Of a stretch of DNA of 64,000 bases, positions 15,804-29,251 are shown piece after piece (position 1 is the stretch's first letter; the number at the start of each line of letters is the position of its first letter). The stretch is from Eledone cirrhosa (lineage: Eukaryota): positions 209,498,001 through 209,562,000 of the forward strand of contig OZ024740.1 in NCBI GenBank assembly GCA_964016885.1, read 5' to 3'. Position numbers and translations under genes: made by a program. The notes beneath the pieces are model-generated. The model was given only the letters and a program-made list of their open reading frames with translations, did not search any database and had not been told where the DNA came from.

Positions 15804-16400
15804 AATTCCAGAATATCCATAACCACAAGAAAACAATAAGCTACACTTTTAGCTAATCTATCTGTACTTTTCATCTGAAAGAGTTGCTATTCCCCTTGCA
15901 GATAAAGCATGGCTATTTACCCCTTTTTGTGTGCAACCGGATCTTAATAAAGAGAAATTAAAAGTTAAATCAACACTGTCAGATCACAGAGATCCCAAAA
16001 CAAAACAAAATCTCATTATACTTTAGTAAGTAATAAATGAGCAATTGCCTTGACTCTACTCTTAAGATTTGAAATGTTCTATTGCTATTTATCTGTTGTG
16101 CTATAAGTTTGTATGGAAACTGCGTTTTATTCTAATTTTAGCTGATTTTCAAAGCAAAGTCCAACTTTGTAAGTATCAAAATGCTTCTACGAGTTAATTA
16201 TATATTCTGTTAATTATAGACTCTGTGATTCTAAAGCTACTGATTGGTGAAAAGCAATCACATGGATATATATATATAGGAGTTATATGCTTCAAATATC
16301 AACAAAACATTCTCCAAATCTACAAAGATTTCTGGCCTAATCCCAAATTTCATACAGTAAAGTTACATACTGAGTGTTGTTTTTGTTGTTTATGTATATA

Positions 16401-16582
16401 TATAATCAGTTACAACAGTGACATATACAGGTACTTAAGTTTTGTTGGGTTATACACCCCAACTCATCTAGCCTGTTATATAAAGAAAGCCATCTTTCTT
16501 TATATAACAGTCTGAATGAGTTATGGTGTATAACCCAACAAAATTTAAGCACCTCTATATATCACTGTTGTAACTGATTATA
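16401..16582. repeat. Fold-back palindrome, 89-bp arms, 4-nt loop
   Basis: Arms 16401-16489 and 16494-16582 are reverse complements with scattered mismatches; the left end abuts (TA)n. Confidence 0.9.
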
Positions 16583-16899
16583 CTTAACTCGTGCTATGCT
16601 ACAGTATGTATGTGTGTGTATATCGGTCTGTAGCAGTCTAAGTTCTTGAGCCTATACAAGTATTATCATACTCTTATTACTCATTAAGTCTCAAAATTAC
16701 ACAACTAATACAGATGCAGGTGTGGCTGTGTGATTAAAGAGTTTACTTTGTGACTCGTTACTTTTGGGTTCAGTCCCACTGCATGGCACCTTGTGCAAGT
16801 GACTTATACTACAACTTCAGGTTGACGCCTGATTGTAGAAGCCTGTTGTATATATATATATATGTGTGTGTGTGTCCATATTTGTGTATATGGACCATA

Positions 16900-17935
16900 T
16901 TATCCATTGTGATCTTTTTCAAGATGATCGATGTAAATTAAAAGTTTGGTTTCTACTTCTAGCAGGTCAAACAACCATATAGATCACATTGTTAGAGTAG
17001 CAATGTTAGGAGTGTGTAGAAAATAAAAATTTGTTGGAAAGATTTTAAATTAAAATTGCTAGGGAGGAGAAATAAATATTGATGACTATTGATGAATAAA
17101 TAAAGATTGTAAAAACGATAGGAAATCAGAAGTAAAAAGATAGAAGATAAAAAAAATCAATGAAAAAAAAATTTCATATACAGAGAAAGTAGTTTATTAC
17201 AATCACAGATAATTTGTAAGGAAGGTGTTGGGTACAAAACATGGAATTATTTTCTGTACACAAATCTAATAATTATGAAATCATTTTGTCTCTTTCGAGT
17301 AGTTTTTCCTAAACCTTATTGTGTTGTCGAACCCTTATATAATTTTCCAGCATGGAGGCACATGGCTTAGTGGTTAGAGCATTGGCCTTGCAATCGAAAG
17401 GTTGTGAGTTCAAATCACAGACCAGGTGATGTGTTGTTTCCTTGAGCAAGACACTTTATTTCACATTACTCCAGTTTACTCAGCTGTAGAAATGAGATGA
17501 TAGGGACTGGGGTCCCTATCATTCCACTGCAAAGTGGTCGTGGAGGTGCCACGGCAAAAAAGCACCCAGCACTCACTGTAAATGAGGTTGGTGTTAGGAA
17601 GGGCATCCAGCTGTAGAAATCAAGCCAGAATCGGTTCCCGTCCCACCCTTGCAAGCAGGGAAAAAGCGGACGTAAAATGAAATGAAAATGAAAATGATGT
17701 CTATATTTTACAGACACTCACCTTTCCTTCTCTCATCCCCTACATATTGTCCAGCCACCTCCATGTCCCACACTAACCAGTTTTGCTAGTCCTTCCTCCT
17801 CAGGACATCATCCCTCTGGAATTCTCGCTCTGCACATGTCTTCTCTACAGGAGTCAACCTCAACAATTTAAACTCAATCTCAATCGTCTCAGAGAACATA
17901 AACCCTTTCTTGAGACCTAGCAGAAAAACACACAC
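16900..17935 (-). repeat. Left arm of a ~0.7-kb inverted duplication (interrupted by a SINE)
   Basis: Reverse complement of about 20900-21605 once SINE 17354-17696 is removed. Confidence 0.9.
17354..17696 (+). mobile_element. Full-length SINE family B (tRNA head, CORE-like domain, RTE-like tail)
   Basis: A box TGGCTTAGTGG, B box GAGTTCAAATC, CCTTGAGCAAGACACTTTATTTCAC, and tail GGACGTAAAATG(AAATG)n. The empty site is visible in the paralogous arm. Confidence 0.92.
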
Positions 17936-18449
17936 GCAAAAGGCAAATGTATTTTGACAAACAAGAGATCAATAAAATTAAGGCTAAACTTGAAAAAATA
18001 TGTACTGGGGTCAATTTCATTGACTAAATCAATGCAGTGTCCCAACATATTTGCAGTCTACTGACTGAAACCAGTACAAAAAATAAAAGAATAAATGTTA
18101 TTTTACTCTTACTACTCAATAAGTCAGTACCATCATCTTAGTCTTCTGTTAGTGTGTGGAATTGTATGTAAGTGATTTGTGAGCTGTTGGCCCATCTAAG
18201 CACCTAGTAGTATGCAAGCTGTATCTATGAGGTCAATACCTCCACTTGAGTTTGCTGACAACCCATCCAACACTTGCCTACAAGGTAAGTGGACGTTAAG
18301 TAATGACAATGAGATTCTGAGTTCTAATTCTTACCTTAATATTTAGTTAGGAGAAAGAAAGTGCTAAACTGTGTTGATTTTTAATAGTATATGAGTTCAT
18401 ACTATATAATAGTGAGAACATTAAACATTACCTTATATCTCGTGTTTAA

Positions 18450-18790
18450 TCCTTTAGCATTTAAACCGGCTGTATTATCATCATCATCATCATCACTATT
18501 TTACGTCCATTCTTCCACGCTAACATGGGTTAGATGGGTTGTCCTGTTGTGGGCAATGCTATGTTAGGCGACCATATCTTGCTCATACAGAACTGATTTT
18601 GAGCAAGACATGCCAGAATTCTCTCACCTCTTTCTGTTCAAACCGGCCATAACCAGCAATTCATACCAACGTTAAGGTATTCAAGGTTCTCAAAATAAAT
18701 ATCAAAATCTCATAGATTCGATATTATGGAAGGTAAAGCCTTTACCATGAAAATACAATAGAAAATATAGAGTAATGTAAATGTTAAGGG
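18450..18790. mobile_element. piggyBac-type MITE (family 1) interrupted by a SINE tail fragment
   Basis: TTAA-TCCTTTAGCATTTAAAC...AAATGTTAAGGG-TTAA, with a (CAT)n-headed insert at about 18474-18601. Confidence 0.7.
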
Positions 18791-19339
18791 TTAATGACAA
18801 AGTTATCATTCCATCTTTAAATTTGCTTTATTGACTTAAGTTAAATTTTATTGTTCACTTGCTTTTTAGACACTCCTGTCACTTCCAAGTGTATGGGGCA
18901 TGTGGTTGCAAAACGTTTGCCAGAAATGATTAATTTTAGAAAACATTTAGATGGGTGAGTGATTTGTATAGAACCTGGTTTGTGTAAATCTTGCTTATAT
19001 TTTAATAATATGGATCTACCTTTAAATCTTGGCATTTGCTTACAAATTTAATGCTATTTTGAGTAAAAGCCTAGATATTTAAATCTCTGATACCAAATTG
19101 CCTACAACCGCGCCTGGTTCTATGATATGAAACTATTTGTTTTAAAGTGTTTATATTAATCTAAAAACTTTCCATCAAAATTTTAATGTAAGAAACTTTG
19201 TTGTGTTCCAAAGACTAGTCAAATAATAAAATTAGTTATATTACTAATTCCTTCCAAATTGTTATTTTCAAGATAATTTGGATCATATAGGAAGTATATT
19301 TCATCATAAATATAGTAAAAAAGGATTAATGTATTACTG

Positions 19340-19580
19340 TGAAGGTGCATGGCTTCATGGTTAGGGAACTCGGTTCATGATCATAAGGTCGTGAGTTCGA
19401 TTCCCGGTGGCACGCTATGTCCTTGAACAAGACACTTTATTTTACGTTGCTCCAGTTCAATCAGCTGGCAAAAATGAGTTGTGCCTGTTATTCGAAGGGT
19501 CGGTCTTGTAGCAATCTGTGTCATGCCGAATCTCCCTGAGAACTATGTTAAGGGTACTCATGTTTGCGGAATGCTTCAGA
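19340..19580 (+). mobile_element. tRNA-derived CORE-like SINE (another subfamily)
   Basis: GGTGCATGGCTTCATGG..GAGTTCGATTCCC..TGTCCTTGAACAAGACACTTTATTTTACGTTGCTCCAG. Confidence 0.8.
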
Positions 19581-20899
19581 AACTTAATTTCTCCAACTTC
19601 TATTCCACATCTCATCTTTCATTTATTTGATTGTTACTGTTATTTGTTTTGTCCCAGGTCCGGCAGTTTTATCTTGACTTATCATCATCATTATTATCAT
19701 CATCATCCTTTTTTATATTTGTTTCCATGGGTTGGACAGGTCTTTTCTAGCAGAGCTTCCTTCCACTTGAAATCTATTTTATAGTTTTATAGCTATATCT
19801 AGCTTCATCTAGAAACTTGGCATGAAATTATGCAAATAATTGCAGTTGTATGGTGTAAAATTCTCCATGAACATTTTCTGTTCACGGTTGTCTCCAGATT
19901 TAAGTGTTATTTTGTAGCCACCAAAATATCTTCTTGTATTCTTTAATTGGAAGCAGGCATATTAACAGAAATATATAGAGGACAATTTAGCATTCTTCTC
20001 TTGATCTATATTTAAGTATTCTAATCTTATCTACCAAGAACAATATTTAAATATGCTGCATTGAAATTAGGAAATTATGGACTCATTGAGTTTTTCCATA
20101 CAGTAGAAGCATAAATACTCTTGCCTGTGGAATCCAGGAATTTTCAGATGTTCCCTATGAATAACATAAAATTGCAGTTTGAACTGAAAGGTCAATTATC
20201 TTTTATATTGGCTAATCATTATATCAAGCTTCCTATGTACAGAAAGATGTCGAGACACTGCATCCTTTAAAACCTCCATGATAGTTTAATGTCAATAAAT
20301 TAGATATAATTGTTGGCTCTATTTCAAAATAGTTTGTTGTTTAAAACAGTCATAAGGATTGACTGTAAAAACTTTGGTATTCTAAGTATGGCAAAGACAC
20401 ATTCCTGTAACTAGTGTCTAAGTAAAATTCTATAGTATTTTTAGTTGCTGAATATCAAGAGCTGTTAGAAACTGTAGTATTTACTGAAAAATTGAACAAA
20501 ATTAGCTCTGCTGTATTTGATGAAATATTGTAATAAACTAGATATTGTTGTTCAATTAACTCAAAGCCAACTATTATCCAGCAGACCTATAGTCAAAAGC
20601 ATTACTACCGTGACTACCCCATCTTATTTTCAGACACAGTATATCTACATAATACCTCTCTCTCTCTATCTATATCTATCTATATCTATATATATATATA
20701 TGGGAGATGGCGACCTGAATAGATCTTTTTGTTCTCACTCTCCTCTATCTTTCTATTTCTTTTTTAATTTCTCATTCTATTTTCTGATGAAGGATGGGCA
20801 TCCAAACTGTTAGACTCGTTCCCTACTATATCAAGCGTAAAACTAATTTATTTCTTCATTAAACTGTTGTTTGCTTTTTTATTTCTGTTTGCCGTTCGC

Positions 20900-21605
20900 A
20901 TGTGTGTGTATGTATGTTTCTGCTAGATTTGGAGAATGGGTTTATGTCCTCTGAGACTGTTGAGATTGAGTTTAAATTGTTGAGGTTGACTCCTGTAGAG
21001 AAGACATGTGCAGAGCGAGAATTCCAGAGGGATGATGTCCTGAGGAGGAAGGACTAGCAAAATTGATTAGTGTGGGACATGGAGGTAGCTGGACAATATG
21101 TAGGGAATGAGAGAAGGAAAGGTGAGTGTCTGTAAAATATAGACATATGCTGGAAAATTATATAAGGGTTCAACAACACAATAAGGTTTAGGAAAAACTA
21201 CTCAAAAGAGACAAATTGATTTCATAATTATTAGATTTGTGTACAGAAAATAATTCCATGTTTTGTACCCAACACCTTCCTTACAAATTATCTGTGATTG
21301 TAATAAACTACTTTCTCTGTATAGAAAATGTTTTTTCATTGATTTTTTTCTTTTACCTTTTCACTTCTGATTTCCTATCGTTTTTACAATCTTTATTTAT
21401 TCATCAATAGTCATCAATATTTATTTCTCCTCCCTAGCAATTCTAATTTAAAATCTTTCCAACAAATTTTTTATTTTCTACACATTCTGAATATTGCTAC
21501 TCTAACAAACAATGTGATCTATATGGTTGTTTGACCTGCTAGAAGTAGCAACCACAATCTTTAATTTATACCAATCATCTGAAAAAAGGTCACAATGGAT
21601 AATGT
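20900..21605 (+). repeat. Right arm of the ~0.7-kb inverted duplication
   Basis: Reverse complement of 16900-17353 plus 17697-17935; the core is nearly identical. Confidence 0.9.
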
Positions 21606-22375
21606 AGTTTTAAATATCTAAATACACTATGCCTAAAAAAAAAAGGACAGGGAACTTTAATGTGGTTGCTTAAACCACTAGAAATAGTAGCATTATTTAA
21701 CTCAAACCATATTAAATATGTCTTAGAAAAGAACACATTGGATAATATAAGAAGGTCATGGCTTTATTGTCTTTGGTTGTAGTGCTGTATGGTCAAGGCC
21801 ATCTTGAGGGTAGATAACAACAACAAAAAATGGATGCTTTGGGTTGAATTGTTTTTTTTTAATATGAGATTAATCTAGAGCACGCTTGAGCTACACAAGA
21901 TGTGGCTCATTATAAGCCAAGTTGCACTACTAAAAATTCAAAGCAATTTTGAAATTAGGTGTGTCATTCAGAGAGCCAAATGGGCCATATGCAGCTCATG
22001 GGCTGCAGTTTGCCAATGACTGATCTAGAGGAAAGGAGCTGTGTACATTGTCTTTGCAGGTCCTCTGAAATCAGGGAGATTGATGTAGTTAACATTCCTC
22101 TTGAACAGTTTTAAGTTGATGGCTGCAGGTCAAACATAAGCAGGGAGTAGTACCCATTGTGAGTCTTGTTTGTAGTTGTTGAGAGCTGAAGTATGTTTTG
22201 GTTAGAGCTGACCTGGAAGTTAAGCACCAGCAACTCTAAGCTTTAAAATCATCTTTTTTAACCTTTTTATACCAACCCAGCCAAAACTGGCTCTTGTACT
22301 ATTAAACAAAACCACCCATTTTAAAGAATTCCTATTTAAATTAAAATCTTTCAACATAATTTTCTTTAAGAACCA

Positions 22376-22572
22376 CCATATATACTTGAATATAAACCAC
22401 CCCCTATTTTATGTTTGAGAAATGGGCAAATATCCAAACCCCATTTATAAGCAAGGGCAGCTAATCAACACATGATGTTTAGATGGCGAATATAAGCTGG
22501 GGGGGGGGGGGGGGGATTTGACCATCGATTTTTTGGTCACATATTCCTTCGTTTATATTTGGGTATATACAG
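22376..22572. mobile_element. Tc1/pogo-like non-autonomous DNA element (short copy), nested in a TTAA-type MITE
   Basis: Termini CCATATATACTTGAATATAAAC / GTTTATATTTGGGTATATACAG-TA; internal homology to 22907-23414. Confidence 0.55.
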
Positions 22573-22906
22573 TATATGTTTAATTACTATCTTAGTAATG
22601 AAATCATTAATAATTTTAGAAATCTGTCAAACTTCATTAATTAATTGAAATATCATAGAATGTATTACATTAGAAATATGGTCAGGAAATCTTTAATTGT
22701 TCTACTTCTGTGAGATCAATTCTAGTTATTCCCTGCTTATTTTTCTGAGATCTTTCTCATCTTAATGATACTGTGCCTAATTTTTTATTTTCCACTTGGA
22801 ATCATAAACATAAAATTTAATTGAATTCATTGAAATGTTCCGTTTCTTTGAGTGAGGACAAGGTAGAACATACGATGGCTTTTCACACCCATTTATATAT
22901 GGAGTA

Positions 22907-23414
22907 TCGTAGATACTCGAATGCAAGCCGATCTGAATATAAGCCAACCTCTTATTTTATGTTTGAGAAATGAGCAAAAATCCAAACCCTGTGGGTAAGT
23001 CAAGGCAGCTAATCAACACATGTTTAGGTGTTGTGGTTATAAAATTCTCATGAGTGGAGAATATATTTATAAAGTTTTAATATTTTGATATCTAAAATGT
23101 TTTAAGTGTCGTTTAGAGTATAGTTTTTGTTTCACAACTCCATTACATAATAATTTTTTTTACCAATTTCAGACAGTTTTGAAGGCCATATTCATTCAAA
23201 ACATAAAAAATATTAGGAAAAACAAATTTTACATCGAAAGTGAAACTAGTGTAATATTCACCCCCAGAGCAAAAATATTTTAGCACTTCATTTATGTAGA
23301 GCTTAAAGTTGGTGAAAGTCAGCAAAATATTGACCTTGAATATTAAGCCAACCCTCTCATTTTACCATCAATTTTTTTGTCAAATATTTCTTGGCTTATA
23401 TACGAGTATATAAG
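22907..23414. mobile_element. Tc1/pogo-like non-autonomous DNA element
   Basis: TA-flanked imperfect TIRs TCGTAGATACTCGAATGCAAGCCGA / TTGGCTTATATACGAGTATATAAG. Confidence 0.6.
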
Positions 23415-24228
23415 TAATTCTACACTGTTCTACTTAACAGAACTGTTTCTGTAGTAGAGCATAGGATGAGAGGCTTTTCAGTATTTGTTCCATATCATTG
23501 CATTCTATGTTCAAATCCTACCTTGGCTTGGGTAATAAATTTAATCAGTCATCTGATTTTACTCTTCCACATATCTCATGGGTGCTTTTTGTGCTCTGTT
23601 GTAAGCTTTTGGTCACTGGTTTGAGGATATCTTCCTCTTTCTCTCCCAGCAGTTTCAGTGGCTGAATTTAATAATAATTTGGCCAATCATTACCAATGGA
23701 ACAGCTGTTTGTGGCAGCTAATAGACATCTAGCTGTTCAAATACTAAGTATACTTAAATGTTCCTGATCAGGTAATTTTACTCTTGTCAAACAAGCCACC
23801 AGCTATTATATTTAGGTTAGACACTGCTGTTATTGCAAAATCTAACTGCCCACTGACCAGTTTACTGTTCATGAGAATTTAAACCAACCCACATTTGTAT
23901 ATATTTTTTATTCAACTAATTCATACAGAATATGTCAAAGTGTCCTTTAAAAAAGAGTCTTAGATGTTACAGCTGTTGGTGTATATATTTTGGCTCTATT
24001 TTTACTTTATCAACAACAAATCTCATCCATTTCGGAAAATCTGAAATTTATAGTCAGTATGTTAATATTTTTTTAAAATTTTAATTTTCAAGTTTGTTTT
24101 ATTTTTAGAAGTCATTCTATTCATGGGTTTTCTTTTAAACAATTCGGTATTCATTTTATCCAGACATACAGTTCCATATAACAGTTTATATTTTACCATG
24201 TTTGTATTGAACATATATATATATATAT

Positions 24229-24694
<466 letters not shown>

Positions 24695-25344
24695 TCATCA
24701 TCACCACCACCACCATGGTTTTATGTCCATTTTTCCATGCTGGCATGGGTTAGACGAGTTGTCCTGTTGTGGGCAATGCCAGGTTAGGTGACCCTGCTTG
24801 CTCATACAGAACTGATTTTGGCTTGGTTTCTACAGCTGGATGCCCTTCCTAATGCCAACCTCATTTACAGTGAGTACTAGGTGCTTTTTGTTGTGTCGCC
24901 CACACGACCACTTTACAGTGTCGGCTGTCATCACACCTACATCACCACTTTACAATGTGGGCTGGGTGCTTTTTGTCATGACACCTACATTACCACTTTA
25001 TTTATATATATAAAGAAATGTATAATGTAGTTACTGAAAAACTTAATTCAGGATTCAGAAATAATTATAAATCAATAGTTTTATAGTTTTGAATAAAAAG
25101 AAAGAAATGTTTAAAACATATAAACAAAAAGACTTTTATTATAATATTTGTTGTTAATTTAGGAAAGCTATTTTGTAAATGTATGTCCAATAACTATGTC
25201 TGAAGCAATTAGTTATTAAAATAGCTGAAACTGGAAAGACATTATACATAAATAAGTTTTACTAGTAATTCCATCTGACATGATAACTGCATATATGTGT
25301 ATAGTGTGCACTATTATGTTCATGTATAAGGGAAATTGTATTGA

Positions 25345-26480
25345 GAGTATTGGTAGAATGTCAGACAACATTCTTTGTAGCATTTAGTTATGAGCCTTTA
25401 CATTCTGAGTTCAAATCACACTGAGGTCAACTTTGCCTTTCATCTGTATGGGTTGATAAAATAAAGTACCAGTAATGCACCGGGGTTGATTTAATCAACT
25501 TTTCCCTTCCCTTCAAATTGTACCAAATGTAGGAAACATTTATTATTGATGGATTGGCAAAATTGTTAGAGCGTATAGTTAAATGTTTTGTGGTATTTGT
25601 TCTTGCTTTTTACATTCTGAGTTCAAATCCTGCTGAAGTCAACTTTGCCTTTCATCCATATGGGTCAATAAAATAAAGTACCAGTAATCCACTCGGGTTG
25701 ATGTAATTAACTTTTCCCTTCTTTTCAAATTGCTGGCTTTGTGCCAAAAAGTAGAAACAATTATTATGATTATGTATAATGGAAATGTATTGGCTGAATT
25801 AAACCCTTTCATTATCATATTGCTAATAAGGGCATTGGATTGACAATATTGGTAGAGCGTCAGCCAACATGCTTTACACCAGGCATGCCAAACATACGGC
25901 CCTTTACAAGCACACCTGCGGCCTGCACAAAGGTTTTTACGGCGCGAGCATGATTTATCTTCGTAAAATTAGTTGTAATGTGCACAATTAGTTGTCGTGT
26001 GTGGTCCTCAGATAACACATATGACTCATGTGGCCCTCGGGGGACCCTCAGTTTGACATGCCTGCTTTACACCATATAGTTACATCCTTTTATGTTCTGA
26101 GTTCAGATCCTGCTGAGGTTAGCTTTGCCTTTCATCCTTATGGTGTCAATAAAATAAATAACCAGTTATGCCCTGGGGTCGATATAATTGACATTCTCCT
26201 CCTCTAAAATTGTTGGCCTCGTGCTTAAATCAGAAACAATTATTGTATTGCTGATAAAAGACACTGTCTATGTCTTCCAAATAATTTCGAAAATAACCAA
26301 ACATTTGCAGGAATTTAATAAAATAAGTACGTTTTTCGTTAATAAGCTATTATTTAGAATGTTTCTAAAATAAATCCCGCCGAGGTTAACTTTGCCTTTC
26401 ATCCTTCCGGGGTCGATAAAATAAAGTACCAGTAATGCACTGGTTAATTGCTGGCCTTGTGCCAAAAGTAGAAACAAAAA
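25345..26480 (+). mobile_element. Cluster of SINE family A copies
   Basis: Four copies or fragments carrying AAATC..GAGGT.A.CTTTGCCTTTCATC..AAATAAA.TACCAG. Confidence 0.85.
25880..26064. mobile_element. hAT-type MITE with 8-bp TSD, inserted into a SINE A copy
   Basis: TIRs CAGGCATGCCAAAC / GTTTGACATGCCTG; exact flanking duplication CTTTACAC at 25872-25879 and 26065-26072. Confidence 0.9.
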
Positions 26481-26787
26481 ATTATGATGAAATGCTTTAA
26501 TATAAGGATAAACATTTTCAAATGCAGTTTTATCTCATAAACCTGGAGTGGTTTCTGGTGGTTTGGAATTAAAAGGTTAATGATAGAATGCTTGAGATAT
26601 GTATCTTGTGGTATTTTGTTTGGGATTCAAATCTGACTAAAGTCGACTTTGTTTTTCACCCTTTTGAGGTTGATAGAATAGATATGAATCAAAAGTAATA
26701 GGGACAGGCTAATCAATTATACCCTCATCCCTCCTCAGAAAGATATGTGTAGCCTTGTAACTATTCTAAAAATCACTATTGTTTCCT

Positions 26788-27016
26788 TGTATGTGAGTGT
26801 GTGTGTGTGTGTGTATATATATGTGTATGTGTGTGTGTATATATATATATATATATGTGTGTGTATGTATATATATGTGTGTGTATGTATATATGTCTGT
26901 TGTGTATGTGTGTGTGTATATATATATATGTGTATGTGTATATATATATATATATATATGTGTATGTGTGTGTGTGTATATATATATATGTGTGTGTATG
27001 TATATATATGTGTGTG

Positions 27017-27067
<51 letters not shown>

Positions 27068-27415
27068 GTATGTGTGTGTATATATATATATATATATATG
27101 TGTATGTATATATATGTATGTATATATATGTGTGTATATATATGTGTGTATATATATGTGTGTGTGTATATATATGTGTGTGTATATATATATGTGTGTG
27201 TGTGTATATATGTGTGTGTGTATATATGTGTATGTATATATGTGTGTGTGTGTGTGTGTATGTATATATGTATGTGTGTGTGTGTATGTATATATATATG
27301 TGTATGTGTATATATATATATATGTGTATGTATATATGTGTGTGTATGTATATATATATGTGTATGTGTATGCGTATGTATATATGTATGTGTGTGTGTA
27401 CATACACACACACAT
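26788..27415. repeat. Compound (TG)n/(TA)n microsatellite
   Basis: Directly visible; it explains six overlapping low-complexity ORFs. Confidence 0.95.
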
Positions 27416-27558
27416 TGAGGTTGGTGGTTCACCACTGGATAGAACTGGTCATTCCATATAGTTAGCCATGATGCAATAGTAGGAAAAGCACTCAATGTAA
27501 TACAACTCATTTATTTTTTATGTAAGATTCTGTTGGTGGTGCGGGAACGGATTTAATT

Positions 27559-27806
27559 ATTATTGAAAAAAGTGTCAGTAGGCTGGATTATTGAAATCCC
27601 TTTAAAGTTTTTATTTTGCAGACACTATATATATTTCAATGGTCAGTAGAATTCCAGCGACATCATCAGCTGTATTGCATAACAGTCATAAAGGAACCAT
27701 GATGTCGCTGGAATTCTACTGACCATTGAAATATATATAGTGTCTGCAAAATAAAAACTTTAATGGAATTCCAACAATCCAGCCTACTATCACTTTATTC
27801 AATAAT
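27559..27806. repeat. Inverted repeat (~108-bp arms, 32-nt spacer) containing a hammerhead-like motif
   Basis: Arms 27559-27666 and 27699-27806; the right end abuts (TA)n. Confidence 0.88.
27618..27678 (-). ncRNA. Degenerate minimal type I hammerhead ribozyme
   Basis: Minus strand: GCAAUACAG-CUGAUGA-UGUCGCUGGAAUUCUACUGACCAUU-GAAA-UAUAUAUA^GUGUCUGC. Core intact; stems I and II imperfect. Confidence 0.55.
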
Positions 27807-28350
27807 ATATATATATATTTATATATATAATGTGTAATAGTTTGCTAGATGCATTGTGGAATATGAAACTCACTCACATTGCACAGCTTTCTAAACAAAC
27901 AGATTTTTCAGTTTCATGTATATAATGATCATCATCGTTTAACGCCTATTTTCTATGCTTTCGTGGGTTAGATAGGTTGTGACATTATGAGACAAATCAG
28001 GTCAGGTGACCCCATCTTGCTCATACGAATCTGTATTTTGACTTTGTTTCTATGACTGGATGCTCTTTCAAACAGTTTATCTCAGACTATTTTATCCAAT
28101 GTCTAGAGAGTGAGATAGAGAGAAAGAACAAATCAATCCTAGTACAGACTGGTACATTTTTTTTATTGACCCCAATGTGTGTGGAGAGACAGAGTAACAG
28201 TTTTTGTTTCTTTTTTAATTTGTCCTTGTGCCTGTTGAGAGTGGCCAGTTTTAGAACTGCTACCTACTCCACTATACAGTGGTAGCCATAAATGGACCCT
28301 GAAACGTAAGTCGTGATACATGTTAAGTGTGTGTGTATACATATATATAT

Positions 28351-29194
28351 ACTAGTTGAGGTACCCAGTAATACCCGGGAGCGGGGTTATTCCCATTAAA
28401 ATGCCCAATGCCTCTCAGACCAAAAATAAATGTTACAGCAAGCAGAGAATATTAAGTTGATTTATGGAGAACATTTCAAGTCCACAACAGCTGAAGCCAA
28501 ATCTCGCTCATCAGTAATAAAAAATCAGCTTACACTTTGCTCGAGTGGTCTGGATAATTTTCTTTAGCAAAAAGCCATCCTTAGCACATAATCTATCTGT
28601 GTTTCAAGTTTGAAGGAAATCTGTTGAGAGCTTTAAAAGTTATGGCAGAAAATAACATTCATATGAGCATACAAATTTCCTATTCATTTAAAAAAAAATC
28701 GATGCAGACTGGAAATTATCGATTTTTTTTAAACTTCAAAGTACGTAAAAATTTAAATGGGCATGAGCCCCACACACATGTCAAGTTTCATCAAGATTGG
28801 TTTGGTAGTTTTTGAGTTTTAGGTTCACAAACACATCCACAAACAAACAGACAGAAATTGCCATTTATGTATATAGATAGATAGGGGTTTAAACCCCATT
28901 AGGGTGTCTTAATATTATTAAAATTTTGTGAATAACCATCATATCTTGTCATTTACATATGGTTTAAATTTCATATAAATCGAAGGGAAAACATTTTCAG
29001 CAAGGGTTTGAACCCCCGGGGGAACCCTTTGATTAAAATGAAATATATGTAAGAAATCAAATGGGCATAAGTCCCACACACGTGTCAAGTTTCATCAAGA
29101 TCGGTTTGGTAGTTTTTGAGTTTTAGGTTCACAAACAAATCCACAAACACACACACACAAAAACAGACAGAAATTGCCATTTATGTATATAGAT
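28351..29194. mobile_element. Helentron/DINE-like non-autonomous rolling-circle element with a duplicated terminus
   Basis: Begins ACTAG..GTACCCAG..ACCCGGG. The terminus ..AAACAGACAGAAATTGCCATTTATGTATATAGAT occurs twice (about 28755-28880 and 29059-29194). Homologous to 56520-57003 in the opposite orientation. Confidence 0.6.
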
Positions 29195-29251
29195 ATATAT
29201 AGTAAAAGAATGAAGAATAACATGGTCAGCTGTACAAAAAAGGTTTATTTA

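Noticed and set aside
17354-17430. tRNA gene candidates (also at 11310-11383, 19340, 24490-24565 and 51558)
   Set aside because: A and B boxes are present, but there is no complete acceptor stem and the sequence runs straight into SINE bodies.
19800-20530. Apparently protein-like minus-strand frame between the inverted repeats
   Set aside because: Stop-codon frequency is about what AT-rich random sequence gives, and no motif is recognisable.
28225-28320. CTGTTGA...GAAACGTAAGTC hammerhead-like remnant
   Set aside because: Core A6 is altered and stems I and II pair poorly; at best a decayed relic.
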